Positions 9,326 to 19,359 of a stretch of DNA of 64,000 bases are shown here, in pieces. Under the pieces are notes generated by a model. That model had not been told where the DNA came from and did not search any database. It saw only the letters and a list, made by a program, of their open reading frames with translations. The translations under genes were made by a program, and so were the position numbers. The DNA is from Polyangiales bacterium (GTDB lineage: Bacteria > Myxococcota_A > Polyangia > Polyangiales > Ga0077539), in contig JBGARZ010000002.1 in the NCBI GenBank assembly GCA_044229975.1, positions 512,001 to 576,000 of the forward strand. Reading direction: 5' to 3'. Each line of letters opens with the position of its first letter. Position 1 is the stretch's first letter.

Positions 9326-10048
9326 CTACAGACGCCCGCGCAGGGCGTCGTAGCGGAGCTTCCACACCATCACGATGGCCTCGGCGAAGATCTTCCGGGA
9401 CATCTTCGAGGCCCCCGCGCGCCGGTCGACGAAGAGGATCGGCACCTCCGCGACGCGCATCCCCCGCAGCACCGCGCGGTACGTCAGCTCGATCTGAAAC
9501 GAGTACCCGTTGCTCTTCACGCCGCCCAGATCGATGCGCTCCAGCGCGTCGCGGGTGAAGGCCTTGTAGCCCGTCGTGAGGTCGTGGACGTCGAGCCCGA
9601 GGATGGTGCGCGAGTACACGCTGCCGCCCTTCGACAAGATGTGCCGGCCGATGCCCCACCCATCCACGCCGCCGCCCGGAACGTTGCGCGACCCGATCAC
9701 CACGTCGGCCCCCGCCTCGATGGCGCGGATGAACTCGGGCACGTACCGCGGGTCGTGCGAGAGGTCGGTGTCCATCTCGAAGACCACGTCGTAGCCCTGC
9801 CCGAGCGCCCACTGGAAGCCTTCGAGGTAGGCGGTGCCGAGCCCGAGCTTGCCCGCCCGATGGCGGACCTTCACGCGCTTGTCCTGCGCGGCGATGTCGT
9901 CGGCCATGGCGCCGGTGCCATCGGGCGAGTTGTCGTCGACCACCAGCACGTCGACCTCGGGGGCGACGGCGAAGAGCTGATCGAGGAAGGTCTGGAGGTT
10001 GTCCCGCTCGTTGTACGTCGGGGTGATGACGAGGACGCGACGCTTCAT
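9326..10048 (-). CDS. Polyprenol-phosphate mannose synthase (DPM1-like GT2)
   Basis: TPTYNERDN, VDDNSPDGTG, GKLGLGTAY, EMDTDLSHDP, DLTTGYKAF, SNGYSFQIE. Confidence 0.92.
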   Translation of the reverse strand: MKRRVLVITPTYNERDNLQTFLDQLFAVAPEVDVLVVDDNSPDGTGAMADDIAAQDKRVKVRHRAGKLGLGTAYLEGFQWALGQGYDVVFEMDTDLSHDPRYVPEFIRAIEAGADVVIGSRNVPGGGVDGWGIGRHILSKGGSVYSRTILGLDVHDLTTGYKAFTRDALERIDLGGVKSNGYSFQIELTYRAVLRGMRVAEVPILFVDRRAGASKMSRKIFAEAIVMVWKLRYDALRGRL

Positions 10049-10136
10049 GGGGGACGCCGCGCACGCTACGAGCAACCCTTCGCCCGGCGCAAGCCGAGAT
10101 TCCCGACCGACACCGCCGCGGTGTAGCGTCGCCGCG

Positions 10137-11354
10137 GTGTTCCGCCCCGCAGCCCTCGCAGCGATCCTGGCCGTGACCTTCGCGTCTGTCCGCGCCGAAG
10201 CCTCGCCGCAAGACCTCTTCGGCTACGGCGCACGCCTCGTCGCCATGGCCGGCACCGGCGCCTCCTTCGCCGACGACTACGCCGCCGTCCACGCCAACCC
10301 CGCGGGCCTCTCTCGCCTCCGCGAGCGCTCGCTCATGCTCGGCTACGCGGGCACCGGCTTCTGGCTCGACCGGGGCGGGCAACCCTTCGCCGCCGACACG
10401 GGCTCGGCCACCGTCATCGGCCTCGGTCTCCCCATCCCCTTCGGCGGCGTGCTGCGCGATCGGGTCGCGATCGGCCTCGGCTTCTTCACGCCGACCAACG
10501 TCGTCGTGCGCGGTCGCATCATCCGCCCGGAGACCCCGCAGTTCATCCTGCTGCCCGATCGCGTGCAGACCGTCGCGCTCCAGATCGGCCTCGGCGTCGC
10601 GCTCCCGTGGGGCTTCCGCATCGGCGGCGGCGTGATGGCCGCGGCGGGCCTCACCGGCACCGTGCTCGTCGCGGCCGACGCGTCGGGGCGCGCGAGCTCG
10701 CGCATCGACACGCAGCTCGTCGCCACCTACGCCCCCGTCGTCGGCATCCAGTGGGAGCGCGGCGCGTGGCGCGTCGGAGCCACCTACCGCGGCGAGCTCA
10801 TCGCGCGTTTCCTGGTGAGCATCGAGGCGCGCGACCTCGGCATCAACCTCCCCATCTTCAACATCTCCGGCGTCGCCCAGTACGACCCCGCGCAGCTCCA
10901 GGTCGAAGCGTCGTGGCAACGCGCTGGCTGGACCATCGCCGCAGGCGTCACCGCCAAGCGCTGGAGCGACTACCCCGGCCCCGCCGCCGCCACGACCGAG
11001 AACAGCCCGGCCCCGCCCCCACCGGAGTTCAGCGACACGCTGGTTCCGCGGGCGGGCGTCGAGCGCCGCTGGAGCTGGCCCGACGGCACCCACGTCGCCG
11101 TGCGCGGCGGCTACTTCTACGAACCAACACCCGCGCCCGTCGCCACCACGGCGAGGGCCTTCCTCGACAACGACCGCCACGTCTTCGCCGCGGGCCTGAG
11201 CATCGGCGCCACCGCTGCCGGGACCCGCTACACCGTCGACGTCTTCTCGCAGGCCCACTGGCTCGCGCCCCGCGACTCCGTCACCCCGACGGGCGTGGCC
11301 TCCTACGGCGGTGCGCTGCTCCACCTCGGCACCACGGTCACGGTGACCTTCTGA
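10137..11354 (+). CDS. FadL/OmpP1-family outer-membrane transporter (copy 1)
   Basis: Signal peptide, then DLFGYGARLVAMAG..DDYAAVHANPAGL; terminal Phe. GTG start inferred. Confidence 0.85.
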   Translation: MFRPAALAAILAVTFASVRAEASPQDLFGYGARLVAMAGTGASFADDYAAVHANPAGLSRLRERSLMLGYAGTGFWLDRGGQPFAADTGSATVIGLGLPIPFGGVLRDRVAIGLGFFTPTNVVVRGRIIRPETPQFILLPDRVQTVALQIGLGVALPWGFRIGGGVMAAAGLTGTVLVAADASGRASSRIDTQLVATYAPVVGIQWERGAWRVGATYRGELIARFLVSIEARDLGINLPIFNISGVAQYDPAQLQVEASWQRAGWTIAAGVTAKRWSDYPGPAAATTENSPAPPPPEFSDTLVPRAGVERRWSWPDGTHVAVRGGYFYEPTPAPVATTARAFLDNDRHVFAAGLSIGATAAGTRYTVDVFSQAHWLAPRDSVTPTGVASYGGALLHLGTTVTVTF

Positions 11355-12709
11355 TGCGCTCGCTGCACCGCTGCCTCGTCGCGCTCGCCCTCACCGCGCC
11401 TCCCTCTGTCGCGTCGGCCAACCCGCTCGACATGTACGGCTTCCTCTCGCGCTCGACCTCGCTCGGCGGCGCGGTCACGGCCGACGTCGGCGACGTCTCT
11501 GCCGGGTACTACAACCCCGCGGGCCTCGCCCGCATGCGCGCCTTCCGCGCCGAGCTCGGCTACGTGTACGCCGCGCCCTCGCTCACCACCGACGGCCGCG
11601 ACAACCAGGTCGACGCCACGCGCGGCATGTCCGGCGGCCTCGCGGCACCCGGCCGCATCTTCCGCCTGCCCTTCACCTTCGGCCTCGCGGTGCACGTCCC
11701 CGACGAACGCCTCTCGCAGGTGCGCGCCCTCCCGCAGCCACAACCCCGCTGGGAGCTCTACTCCGTTCGTCTCCAGCGGCTCTACATCGCCGCGAGCCTC
11801 GCCATCTCGCCGAGGCCGTGGCTGCGCATCGGCGCGGGCCTCGTCTTCATGGCGTCCACCCGCGGAGGCTTCGACATCAGCGGGCGCCTCTCGGCCACGC
11901 AGCCCTCCAACAGCGCCCTCACCCACAGCGTCGACGCCGACCTCACCGCGGTGCGCTACCTCCAGGCCGGCGTGCAGGTCGACCTCCCGGCCAACATCAC
12001 GGTGGGCGCCGCCTTCCGCGACGAGTTCAAGCTCGACACGCAGCTCGACGCCAACCTCCGCGGCAACATCTACGTCGGCGGCATCAACGACCCGCGCGCG
12101 CTGGTCATCCCCGGCTACTACGGCCTCCGCTCGCACGTGCTGACGGCCTTCCAGCCGAGGCAGGTGGCACTCGGCGCCGTCTGGCGGCTGACCCCTCGGC
12201 TGCGCGTGATGGCCGACGTCGCGTGGGTGCAGTGGTCCCGCTACGAGAACCCCACGGCCTCGCTGGAGGTCGCGCTCGACCTCACCATCCCGTCCAACAT
12301 CCCGGGCCTGCGGCAGCCCTCGGTGCCCGCCGCGCCGGTGCGCGAGCTCATGCGCTTCCGCGACACCTTCGTGCCCCGCGTCGGCGCGGAGATCACCACC
12401 CCCATCGGCCGTCACGACCTCGCGTTTCGCCTCGGGTACCACTTCGACCCGACGCCCGTTCCGCCGCAGCCGGGGCTCACCAACTTCATCGACAGCTCGC
12501 GCCACGTCGCCGCCTTCGGCATGGGCGTCACCCTCCGCCGCCTCAGCGCCGTCCTCCCCGGAACCGTCTCCCTCGACGTCCACGCCGCCTTCCAGGTGCT
12601 CACCGAGCGCACCATCGTGAAGACCGACCCCAACGACCCGGTGGGCAGCTACGCCGCCGCGGGCACCGTCCTCAACCTGGGCACCACCCTCTCCATGGGC
12701 TTCGAATGA
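11354..12709 (+). CDS. FadL/OmpP1-family outer-membrane transporter (copy 2)
   Basis: ATG overlaps the upstream stop (TGATG); NPLDMYGFLSRSTSLGGAVTA..YYNPAGLA. Confidence 0.85.
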   Translation: MRSLHRCLVALALTAPPSVASANPLDMYGFLSRSTSLGGAVTADVGDVSAGYYNPAGLARMRAFRAELGYVYAAPSLTTDGRDNQVDATRGMSGGLAAPGRIFRLPFTFGLAVHVPDERLSQVRALPQPQPRWELYSVRLQRLYIAASLAISPRPWLRIGAGLVFMASTRGGFDISGRLSATQPSNSALTHSVDADLTAVRYLQAGVQVDLPANITVGAAFRDEFKLDTQLDANLRGNIYVGGINDPRALVIPGYYGLRSHVLTAFQPRQVALGAVWRLTPRLRVMADVAWVQWSRYENPTASLEVALDLTIPSNIPGLRQPSVPAAPVRELMRFRDTFVPRVGAEITTPIGRHDLAFRLGYHFDPTPVPPQPGLTNFIDSSRHVAAFGMGVTLRRLSAVLPGTVSLDVHAAFQVLTERTIVKTDPNDPVGSYAAAGTVLNLGTTLSMGFE

Positions 12710-13764
12710 GCGCGCGCACCGCCCTCACCTGCTGCCTCGCGCTCACCCTCGGCTGCGGCACCGCGGCGTCTCCCGGCGGCGGCGACAGCAACCTCCCGTC
12801 AGGTCGCGGCGGCCCCTACCGCCTGCTCGACGGCGACGAGGTGCCCGAGGGGACGTGCCTCTTCCGCGAGCAGGGCGTGACCCTCGAAGACCCCTCGGCC
12901 CTCACCCTCGACGCCCACCGCGTCGCGCTCTACTTCACCCGCCGCGAGGGCACTCGCCGCAGCGTTCGCCGCGCCGTCGTCGTCGATGGTCACCGCGTCG
13001 AGGGGACACCCACCGAAGCGCTCGCTCCGACCCTCACCTGGCACGGTGAAGGCGTCGGCGCGCCCGACGTGAGCGCCACCCGCGACGGCTTCGCGATGGC
13101 CTTCGACACGACCGACGGACTCGGCATCGCCACCAGCAGCGACGGGCTCACGTGGCGCTCGGACGATCAGCCCGCCCTCTCCGCCGACGCGACCGCGGGC
13201 GAGGCCACCGCGCTGCGATCGCCTGCGTTGCTCGTGCACCGCGACGGCACCGCGATGCTCGCCTACGAGAGCGCCGGGGCCATCTGGCTGGCCACCGCGC
13301 CGACCGTCGCCGGGCCGTGGCAGCGCGTCGACCCGACGCCCGAGACGCCCCGCCGTGACCCGATGGTCGCTCCCGGCAACGATGCACGCGATGCGGGTGT
13401 CGTCGGCTTCGCCTCTGGGGCCGTCGGAGACCCGTCGCTACGCCTCGAAGAGGTTGGTGTCGGCCGGAGGCTCTACCGGGTGTTCTTCTCGGCCCGCAGC
13501 GCGCCCGTGGCGATGGACGGCGGCAGCGTCTTCACGCGGGCCATCGGAACCGCGGCGTCGTTCGATGGCGTCCACTTCCCGCGCGCCGAGACGCCCGCCC
13601 TCACGGGTCGCCTCGACCCTTTGGTACGCGCGCCCTCGACGTGGTCCAACGGACCGCTGCTCACCTGGCTCTTCGTCACCGGACGCTGCGACAGCGCGGG
13701 GCGCACCGAGGGCATCCGCGTCGGCGTGGCCCCCGGCACTCGTCGCTACGAGCTCACGCCCTAA
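12706..13764 (+). CDS. Lipoprotein, probable five-bladed beta-propeller (glycosidase-like fold)
   Basis: ATGA overlap; lipobox LTLGC; repeated blade motifs EDPS, GAPDV, RSPA, GDPS, RAPS and IATSSDGLTW / AASFDGVHF. Confidence 0.65.
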   Translation: MSARTALTCCLALTLGCGTAASPGGGDSNLPSGRGGPYRLLDGDEVPEGTCLFREQGVTLEDPSALTLDAHRVALYFTRREGTRRSVRRAVVVDGHRVEGTPTEALAPTLTWHGEGVGAPDVSATRDGFAMAFDTTDGLGIATSSDGLTWRSDDQPALSADATAGEATALRSPALLVHRDGTAMLAYESAGAIWLATAPTVAGPWQRVDPTPETPRRDPMVAPGNDARDAGVVGFASGAVGDPSLRLEEVGVGRRLYRVFFSARSAPVAMDGGSVFTRAIGTAASFDGVHFPRAETPALTGRLDPLVRAPSTWSNGPLLTWLFVTGRCDSAGRTEGIRVGVAPGTRRYELTP

Positions 13765-13771
13765 CGGAGCG

Positions 13772-15169
13772 TCAGTGGATGGCGCGGCACTCCGTCGCCC
13801 AGGTTCCGCCGAGGGCGATGCAGCGGGTGCGGGCCTCGGCGGCGCCCTCACGGTTGCGAAGCTGCGAGCGCGAATACGCCAGGACGAACCACGCCTGCCC
13901 GCTGCGCGGGTTGGCCGTCACCGCGCGGTTGGCGATGGTCTCGGCTTCGGCATGGTGCGAGCCCTCGGCGAGGCTCATCGCGTAGGTGGTCATGGTGCGA
14001 TCGTCGGTGGGCGCCGCGTCGAAGTAGGCGTTGTAGGCCGCGACCTTCGCCGCGAGCGGACCGCGCGTCGCACGCGCCGCCGCGAGGAGCTGCTGCGGTG
14101 TCTGGCCGCCTGGGACGGCGACCGGAGCGGGCGGCGGCGTCGGCGCAACGGGCGCCGCCGGAGGGGGCGTCACGGCCGGAGCTGCGGCAGCGACATCGGG
14201 CGTCGCGGCGGCGACCACGGGCTCGGTCGGCGCGGGGGCCACGGCGCTGTCCACCTCGGCAACCGGAGTTGTCGCAGGAGCAGGTACGGGAGCAGGCGGG
14301 GGTTCTGCGGCAGGCGCAACCGGCGGGGTCGCAGCGGGCGGCGGGGTCGGCTCCACCACGGGCGCGTGCGCGACGTCGAGGCGCGTCTCCGGGACCGAGT
14401 ACTTCGCCTGGACGGCAAACGCGACGACCACGCCGATGACGGCGACGAGCAGCACGCCCGTGATGGTCATCCAGCGCTTGCTGCGCGCGACCTCGGAGGC
14501 GTGATCTTCGGCGGCGGGCGCGAGGTCTTCGAAGGTGTCGTGGGTCTGCTTGTAGGCGGCCGTCGCGGCGACGTCGGAGAAGAACGCCTTGGCCTCGTCG
14601 CTCAGATGCGTCGAGAGCGACTCCTTGTGGCCGCGGCCCCCGCCTTCCTTCTTGCCGACGACCTCGCCGCGCAGGGTCTTGTTGCGGGCTTCATCCTCGC
14701 TCACCTTCGCGGCGGGCTTCTCGGCCGCCTTCTCGGGCTCCTTCGCGACCGCCTCGACGGGGCTCACCTTGCGCTCGCCGGTCGCCTCTTCTGGAGGGAT
14801 GGTGGTGCGCTCCTGCTCGCCCGCCGCGGGGCGCAGCGCGGAGTCTTCCTTGGCCTTCGCGGGCTCCTCCGCGGCGGGCGCCTTCGTCACACCGAACGAC
14901 CCCGTGCCCGCGATGAGAGTGGCCTTGGAGTCGCGCGGCTCGGTCGGAACCTGCGACGCCCGCGGAAACGGGATCACGTTGTCGGTGCTGGGTGTCGGCT
15001 CGATGGAGAGCGTCGACTCACGACCACCCGGCGACGACTCACGGTCGCCCGGCGAGGAGTCGCGCAGATCGGCGTCGTGCTCACCAGGAACCCCCGCAGC
15101 CCCAGCGAGGGTCGAGGACGGTGCCGAGTTGCGTTGCGTACGGTTGCGCTTGCTCTTGTTCTTCGACAC
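13772..15169 (-). CDS. Single-pass membrane protein with disordered N-terminus, Pro/Ala linker and C-terminal TPR-like domain
   Basis: TM segment WMTITGVLLVAVIGVVVAFAV; TPR-like AETIANRAVTANPRSGQAWFVLAY. Confidence 0.75.
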   Translation of the reverse strand: MSKNKSKRNRTQRNSAPSSTLAGAAGVPGEHDADLRDSSPGDRESSPGGRESTLSIEPTPSTDNVIPFPRASQVPTEPRDSKATLIAGTGSFGVTKAPAAEEPAKAKEDSALRPAAGEQERTTIPPEEATGERKVSPVEAVAKEPEKAAEKPAAKVSEDEARNKTLRGEVVGKKEGGGRGHKESLSTHLSDEAKAFFSDVAATAAYKQTHDTFEDLAPAAEDHASEVARSKRWMTITGVLLVAVIGVVVAFAVQAKYSVPETRLDVAHAPVVEPTPPPAATPPVAPAAEPPPAPVPAPATTPVAEVDSAVAPAPTEPVVAAATPDVAAAAPAVTPPPAAPVAPTPPPAPVAVPGGQTPQQLLAAARATRGPLAAKVAAYNAYFDAAPTDDRTMTTYAMSLAEGSHHAEAETIANRAVTANPRSGQAWFVLAYSRSQLRNREGAAEARTRCIALGGTWATECRAIH

Positions 15170-15220
15170 AGCCGCTCTACCTCGCTTCGGACGACGGAGG
15201 TCGCCTCACCGTTTTACAAA

Positions 15221-15236
15221 CGCAGTGACCATGCCA
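15221..15236 (-). promoter_or_regulatory. Candidate sigma-54 (-24/-12) promoter
   Basis: Minus strand TGGCATGGTCACTGCG has GG-N10-GC spacing and resembles TGGCAC-N5-TTGC; about 50 bp upstream of 15169. Confidence 0.55.
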
Positions 15237-15390
15237 CGCCGCGCGAGCCCTTGTCTCATCGAAATCGGTGCGACGTCTGCGCCGCGCGCAGCGCTCATCG
15301 AAGCCTCGCCATCGGCGTCAGCGCGGTCGCGCCCGCCCTCGTCGGTGGCACACGTCGACGCACGAACGAGCGCTCGCCTTCCGTCGATGC

Positions 15391-15420
15391 TTGACCCTGC
15401 GAACGCCCCTCGACTAGCGT
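15391..15420 (+). promoter_or_regulatory. Candidate sigma-70 promoter
   Basis: TTGACC-N18-TAGCGT upstream of the GAGGAGG RBS and ATG 15453. Confidence 0.4.
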
Positions 15421-15452
15421 CCGCGCGGTCTGATCGAGGAGGCATTTCAACG

Positions 15453-15848
15453 ATGGTTCGTGCGCTGCGCACTGCGCTGATGGCTTCGCTTCTCGTGGCT
15501 GCGACGGGGGCGACGGGCTGCAAGAAGGAAGGCGTGTTCTTCCAGAGCATCAACCCCACGGCCGGGAGGCCGAGCGGTGGCGAGGAGGTTCGCATCCGCG
15601 GCCACGGGTTTCGCGCCCTCGGCGGCCTCGACGTCCGCATCGGCCCGAAGGCCGCGGTCAACGTGGGCATCGCCGACGATGAGACCATCGTGCTGACCAC
15701 GCCCGACGCGCGTGAGGCCGACCAGGGTCACCCCATCGACGTGTACATCCTCACCAACGAGGGCCGCAGCATCGTGCTCCGCGGCGCCTTCACCTATCGC
15801 CGCGCAGCCGGCGGCGAAGGCACCAACCAGCTCCAGCGCCGTCTGTAG
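15453..15848 (+). CDS. IPT/TIG-domain lipoprotein
   Basis: Lipobox GATGC; SINPTAG..GGEEVRIRGHGF...AFTY. Confidence 0.85.
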   Translation: MVRALRTALMASLLVAATGATGCKKEGVFFQSINPTAGRPSGGEEVRIRGHGFRALGGLDVRIGPKAAVNVGIADDETIVLTTPDAREADQGHPIDVYILTNEGRSIVLRGAFTYRRAAGGEGTNQLQRRL

Positions 15849-15849
15849 T

Positions 15850-15888
15850 CCCATCGGGCGCCGCGCCCCCGCGCGACGCCCCGTTGGG
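15850..15888. terminator. GC-rich hairpin between convergent genes
   Basis: ccca-tc-gggcg-c-cgcgc / gcgcg-a-cgccc-cg-ttggg; no U-tract. Confidence 0.45.
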
Positions 15889-15914
15889 TCCCCTTCGTTC
15901 CCCCCCCAAAAGCC

Positions 15915-17657
15915 TCAGCCCAGCGCAGCCTTCACACGGGTCGCGATGTCGTCCGCCGCCGTCGCGAGGTCGATCATCTCCACGTCCTTGCTGGTGCGCG
16001 CCTTCACCTCGGCCTTGCCCTGTTCGAGGCTCTTCTTGCCGAGCGTCACGCGCAGCGGAATGCCCAGCAGGTCGGCGTCCTTGAACTTCACGCCGGGTCG
16101 CTCGTCGCGGTCGTCGTAGAGCACCTCGATGCCCCGCGCGGTGAGCGCATCGTAGAGCCCGTCGGCGGCGCTCACGGCCTCCGGCGTGTTCACCAGCGCC
16201 GAGAGCATCACCTGGTACGGCGCGATGGACATCGGCCACGTGAGCCCGTCGTTGTCGTGGCACTGCTCCGCCGTCGCGGCCACGAGGCGCGACACGCCGA
16301 TGCCGTAGCAGCCCATCACGATGAGCTTCTCGGCGCCCGTCTCGTCGAGAAACTTCGCGCCCATCTTCCCGGTGTAGTGCGTGCCCAGCACGAAGATGTG
16401 CCCGCCTTCGATGCCCTTGTACTCCTGCAACCCGGCGCCGCAGTTGGGGCACGGATCGCCGCTGCCGACCGCACGCACGTCCGTCACCCGCGCGCGCTCG
16501 CCCAGCGACGCCGTGGCGTCGGCCATCGCCACGTGCTGCCGGTGGAAGCCGCTCTTGTTCGCCCCCACGACCATGCCCGTCGACTCGGCGATCTCGCGGT
16601 CGACCAGCACCTCGATGTTCGCGGGCAGACCGCGCGGGCCGATGTAGCCCGCGTTGAGCCCCGCGGCCTGGAGCTCCTCGTCCTCGGCCGGGCGAAGCCA
16701 CGCGGCACCGAGCTCGCGGTTGAGCGCGACTTCATTCACGCGACGGTCGCCGCGGATGAAGGTCACGACGACCTTGGAGTCGGTGCCCTTCCCGTAGACG
16801 AACACGCCCGCCTTCACGGTCTGCGTGGTCGGCACCTTCAAGAACTCCGCGACCTCCTCGATGGTCTTCTTGTTGGGCGTGGCGATGTCCGCCTCGGGCT
16901 TCCCCGACCCGGCGGTCGCAGCCGTCACGGCCGCGCGCTGTGCCACGGCGGCCTCGACGTTGGCGGCGTACTCGCACGACGGGCACACCACGATGGCGTC
17001 CTCGCCCGTCTCCGCGAGGATCTGGAACTCCGCGCTCGTGTTGCCGCCCATCGCGCCAGAGTCGGCCGCGACCATGCGGTACTTCACGCCGACGCGCGTG
17101 AAGACGCGGTCGTACGCGGCGCGCATCGTGGCGTAGCTGGCGAGCGCGCCCTCCTCGGTGGTGTCGAAGCTGTAGGCGTCCTTCATCAAGAACTCGCGAC
17201 AGCGCAGCAGGCCCGCGCGCGGCCGTGCCTCGTCGCGGTACTTCCACTGGATCTGGTAGAGGTTGACCGGGAGCTGGCGGTACGACTTCACGACGCCGCG
17301 CACGAGGTCGGTGATGACCTCTTCGTGCGTCGGGCCGAGGTGGTAGTCGTTCTTCTTCTGGTCCTTGAGGCGGAAGAGGGTCGAGCCGAAGAGGTCCCAC
17401 CGGCCGGTCTCCTTGAAGAGCTCGGCGGGGACGAGCGCGGGGAGCATCACCTCTTGAGCGCCCGCGCGGTCCATCTCCTGGCGCACGATGCCTTCGACCT
17501 TCCGCAGCACCTTCAGGCCCAGCGGGAGAAACTCGTAGATCCCAGCGCCCACCTGCCGGATGTACCCGCCGCGCAGCAGCAGCCGGTGCGACGGGTTCTT
17601 CCGCGCCTCGGCCGGGTCTTCGCGCAACGTGGGAATGAACGACTTGGAATACCGCAT
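15915..17657 (-). CDS. proS: Proline--tRNA ligase with editing insertion domain
   Basis: SHRLLLRGGYIRQ, LGPTHEE, YRDEARPRAGLLRCREFLMKDAYSF, MGCYGIGVSR, GVKFKDADLLGIP. Confidence 0.98.
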   Translation of the reverse strand: MRYSKSFIPTLREDPAEARKNPSHRLLLRGGYIRQVGAGIYEFLPLGLKVLRKVEGIVRQEMDRAGAQEVMLPALVPAELFKETGRWDLFGSTLFRLKDQKKNDYHLGPTHEEVITDLVRGVVKSYRQLPVNLYQIQWKYRDEARPRAGLLRCREFLMKDAYSFDTTEEGALASYATMRAAYDRVFTRVGVKYRMVAADSGAMGGNTSAEFQILAETGEDAIVVCPSCEYAANVEAAVAQRAAVTAATAGSGKPEADIATPNKKTIEEVAEFLKVPTTQTVKAGVFVYGKGTDSKVVVTFIRGDRRVNEVALNRELGAAWLRPAEDEELQAAGLNAGYIGPRGLPANIEVLVDREIAESTGMVVGANKSGFHRQHVAMADATASLGERARVTDVRAVGSGDPCPNCGAGLQEYKGIEGGHIFVLGTHYTGKMGAKFLDETGAEKLIVMGCYGIGVSRLVAATAEQCHDNDGLTWPMSIAPYQVMLSALVNTPEAVSAADGLYDALTARGIEVLYDDRDERPGVKFKDADLLGIPLRVTLGKKSLEQGKAEVKARTSKDVEMIDLATAADDIATRVKAALG

Positions 17658-17765
17658 AGATCTTCAGAGCCTCCGAGAGAGCGCGGGACCCTACGGAAGC
17701 GCCGCATCAAGTCAAGACATCGCCGCGCCGCGCGCTCGCGCGGATCTGTATAGTCCGCGCCCGCT

Positions 17766-18755
17766 ATGAAGCCCTCGCTCGTCCCGCTGCTCCGCTGTCC
17801 GCGCTCCCACGACACACTTCACGTCGGCACCAACGCCAACGCCGACCCCGACGACGACATCGCCACGGGCACGCTGGAGACCGACCGCGGCGTGCGCTGG
17901 CCCATCGTCCGCGGCGTTCCACGCTTCGTCCCCTCCGACGAATACGCCGGCAGCTTCGGCTTCCAATGGAACCGCTTTCCCGCCACGCAGCTCGACTCGC
18001 GCTCGGGCCTCACCATCTCGCGCGACCGCTTCCTCGCGCAGTGGTCTCTTCCCCCCGAGTGGTTCGCCGGTCGTCGCATCCTCGACGTCGGCTGCGGCGC
18101 CGGGCGCTTCGCCGAGATCGCCGCGTCCCTCGGCGCCGAGGTCGTCGCGGTCGACCTCTCGTCCGCCGTCGATGCGTGCTGGTCCAACCTCGGACACCTC
18201 CCGTCGGTGCACGTCGTCCAGGCCAGCGTCTACGACCTCCCCTTCGCGGCGCAGTCCTTCGACGCCGTCTACTGCTTCGGCGTCATCCAGCACACGCCCG
18301 ACGTGAAGCGATCGTTCATGTCGCTCGCGCGCATGGTGCGTCCCGGCGGAGAGTTCGCCGTCGACGTCTACCGCAGCGACTGGAAGGGCTGGCTGCACCC
18401 CAAGCCCTGGCTCCGCCCGGTCACGTCACGGCTCGCGCAGAGCACCCTCTTCGGCGCCATCGAGCGCGCCGCACCGACGCTCCTCAAGGCCAGCCACGCC
18501 GCCGGGAGCGTGCCCGTCGTGGGGCGTGCGCTGCGCCGGGCGATCCCCATCGCCGACTACGAAGGAACCTTCCCCCTCGACGAGCAGCAGCGCCTGGAGT
18601 GGGCCGTGCTCGACACCTTCGACTGGCTCTCGCCGCGCTACGACCAACCGCAGAGCGGCGACACGCTGACGAACTGGGCCCGCGAGGCCGGACTCACCGA
18701 CCCCGTCGTGCACCAGCCCGCCCACCTCACGCTGCGGGCCCGCGCGCCCGGCTGA
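17766..18755 (+). CDS. Class I SAM methyltransferase with Trm112-like N-terminus
   Basis: LLRCP..WPIVRGVPRF; ILDVGCGAGRF; FDAVYCFGVIQHTPD. Confidence 0.88.
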   Translation: MKPSLVPLLRCPRSHDTLHVGTNANADPDDDIATGTLETDRGVRWPIVRGVPRFVPSDEYAGSFGFQWNRFPATQLDSRSGLTISRDRFLAQWSLPPEWFAGRRILDVGCGAGRFAEIAASLGAEVVAVDLSSAVDACWSNLGHLPSVHVVQASVYDLPFAAQSFDAVYCFGVIQHTPDVKRSFMSLARMVRPGGEFAVDVYRSDWKGWLHPKPWLRPVTSRLAQSTLFGAIERAAPTLLKASHAAGSVPVVGRALRRAIPIADYEGTFPLDEQQRLEWAVLDTFDWLSPRYDQPQSGDTLTNWAREAGLTDPVVHQPAHLTLRARAPG

Positions 18756-18759
18756 TCGC

Positions 18760-19359
18760 TCAGCCGCCGTCGAAGCCCGCGTCGCGCGCCCCGACGCCCC
18801 CATCGTACGCCGCGGCGTCGCTCACCCCGCCGTCCGTCGGGCGCTCGCGCACCGTCACGCAGCGCCCCTCGGTCGAGCACGACACCGCCACGGCCGCTCC
18901 GCACGTCCCCACGCCGACGCAGCGGCCCATGGTCGCGCAGCCCAGCATTCCCCAGCGCTCGCGCAGCAGCACCAGCCGCGCGAACTCGGGCGCTGTTGCG
19001 TTGACGAACACCTCGCACGCGCAGCAAAGCGTCTCGCACACGCGGGCGCCGCACTCGCCATCGACGCGGCACGACTGCACCGCGCGCACGGCGGCGGCGT
19101 AGTCCTCCGAGACGGCCTGGCAGGGCCCGTCGCCGTCGGCCGACGCACCCGAGTCCGAGCGCTGCGAGACATCGGCCAGCGGGATGACGTCCACCGACGG
19201 CACCACGTCGAAGCGTCCGGGGATGTCGGTCACCGTCGCGTCGGAGACGTCTTCCACGATGGCGTCGCGCGCGTCGAAGCGAGGAACGTCCTCCGCCAAC
19301 AGGTCGCCCCCGCACCCCGCGAGCGCGCAAGACAACAGCACCACGGAGAGTGCGCGCAT
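18760..19359 (-). CDS. Cys-rich lipoprotein, hypothetical
   Basis: Lipobox LAGC; C-rich core; start overlaps the purS stop. Confidence 0.7.
   Translation of the reverse strand: MRALSVVLLSCALAGCGGDLLAEDVPRFDARDAIVEDVSDATVTDIPGRFDVVPSVDVIPLADVSQRSDSGASADGDGPCQAVSEDYAAAVRAVQSCRVDGECGARVCETLCCACEVFVNATAPEFARLVLLRERWGMLGCATMGRCVGVGTCGAAVAVSCSTEGRCVTVRERPTDGGVSDAAAYDGGVGARDAGFDGG

Noticed and set aside
15346..15362. Sigma-54 promoter on the + strand (TGGCACACGTCGACGCA)
   Set aside because: GG-to-GC spacing is 11 rather than 10, and TTGC is absent.
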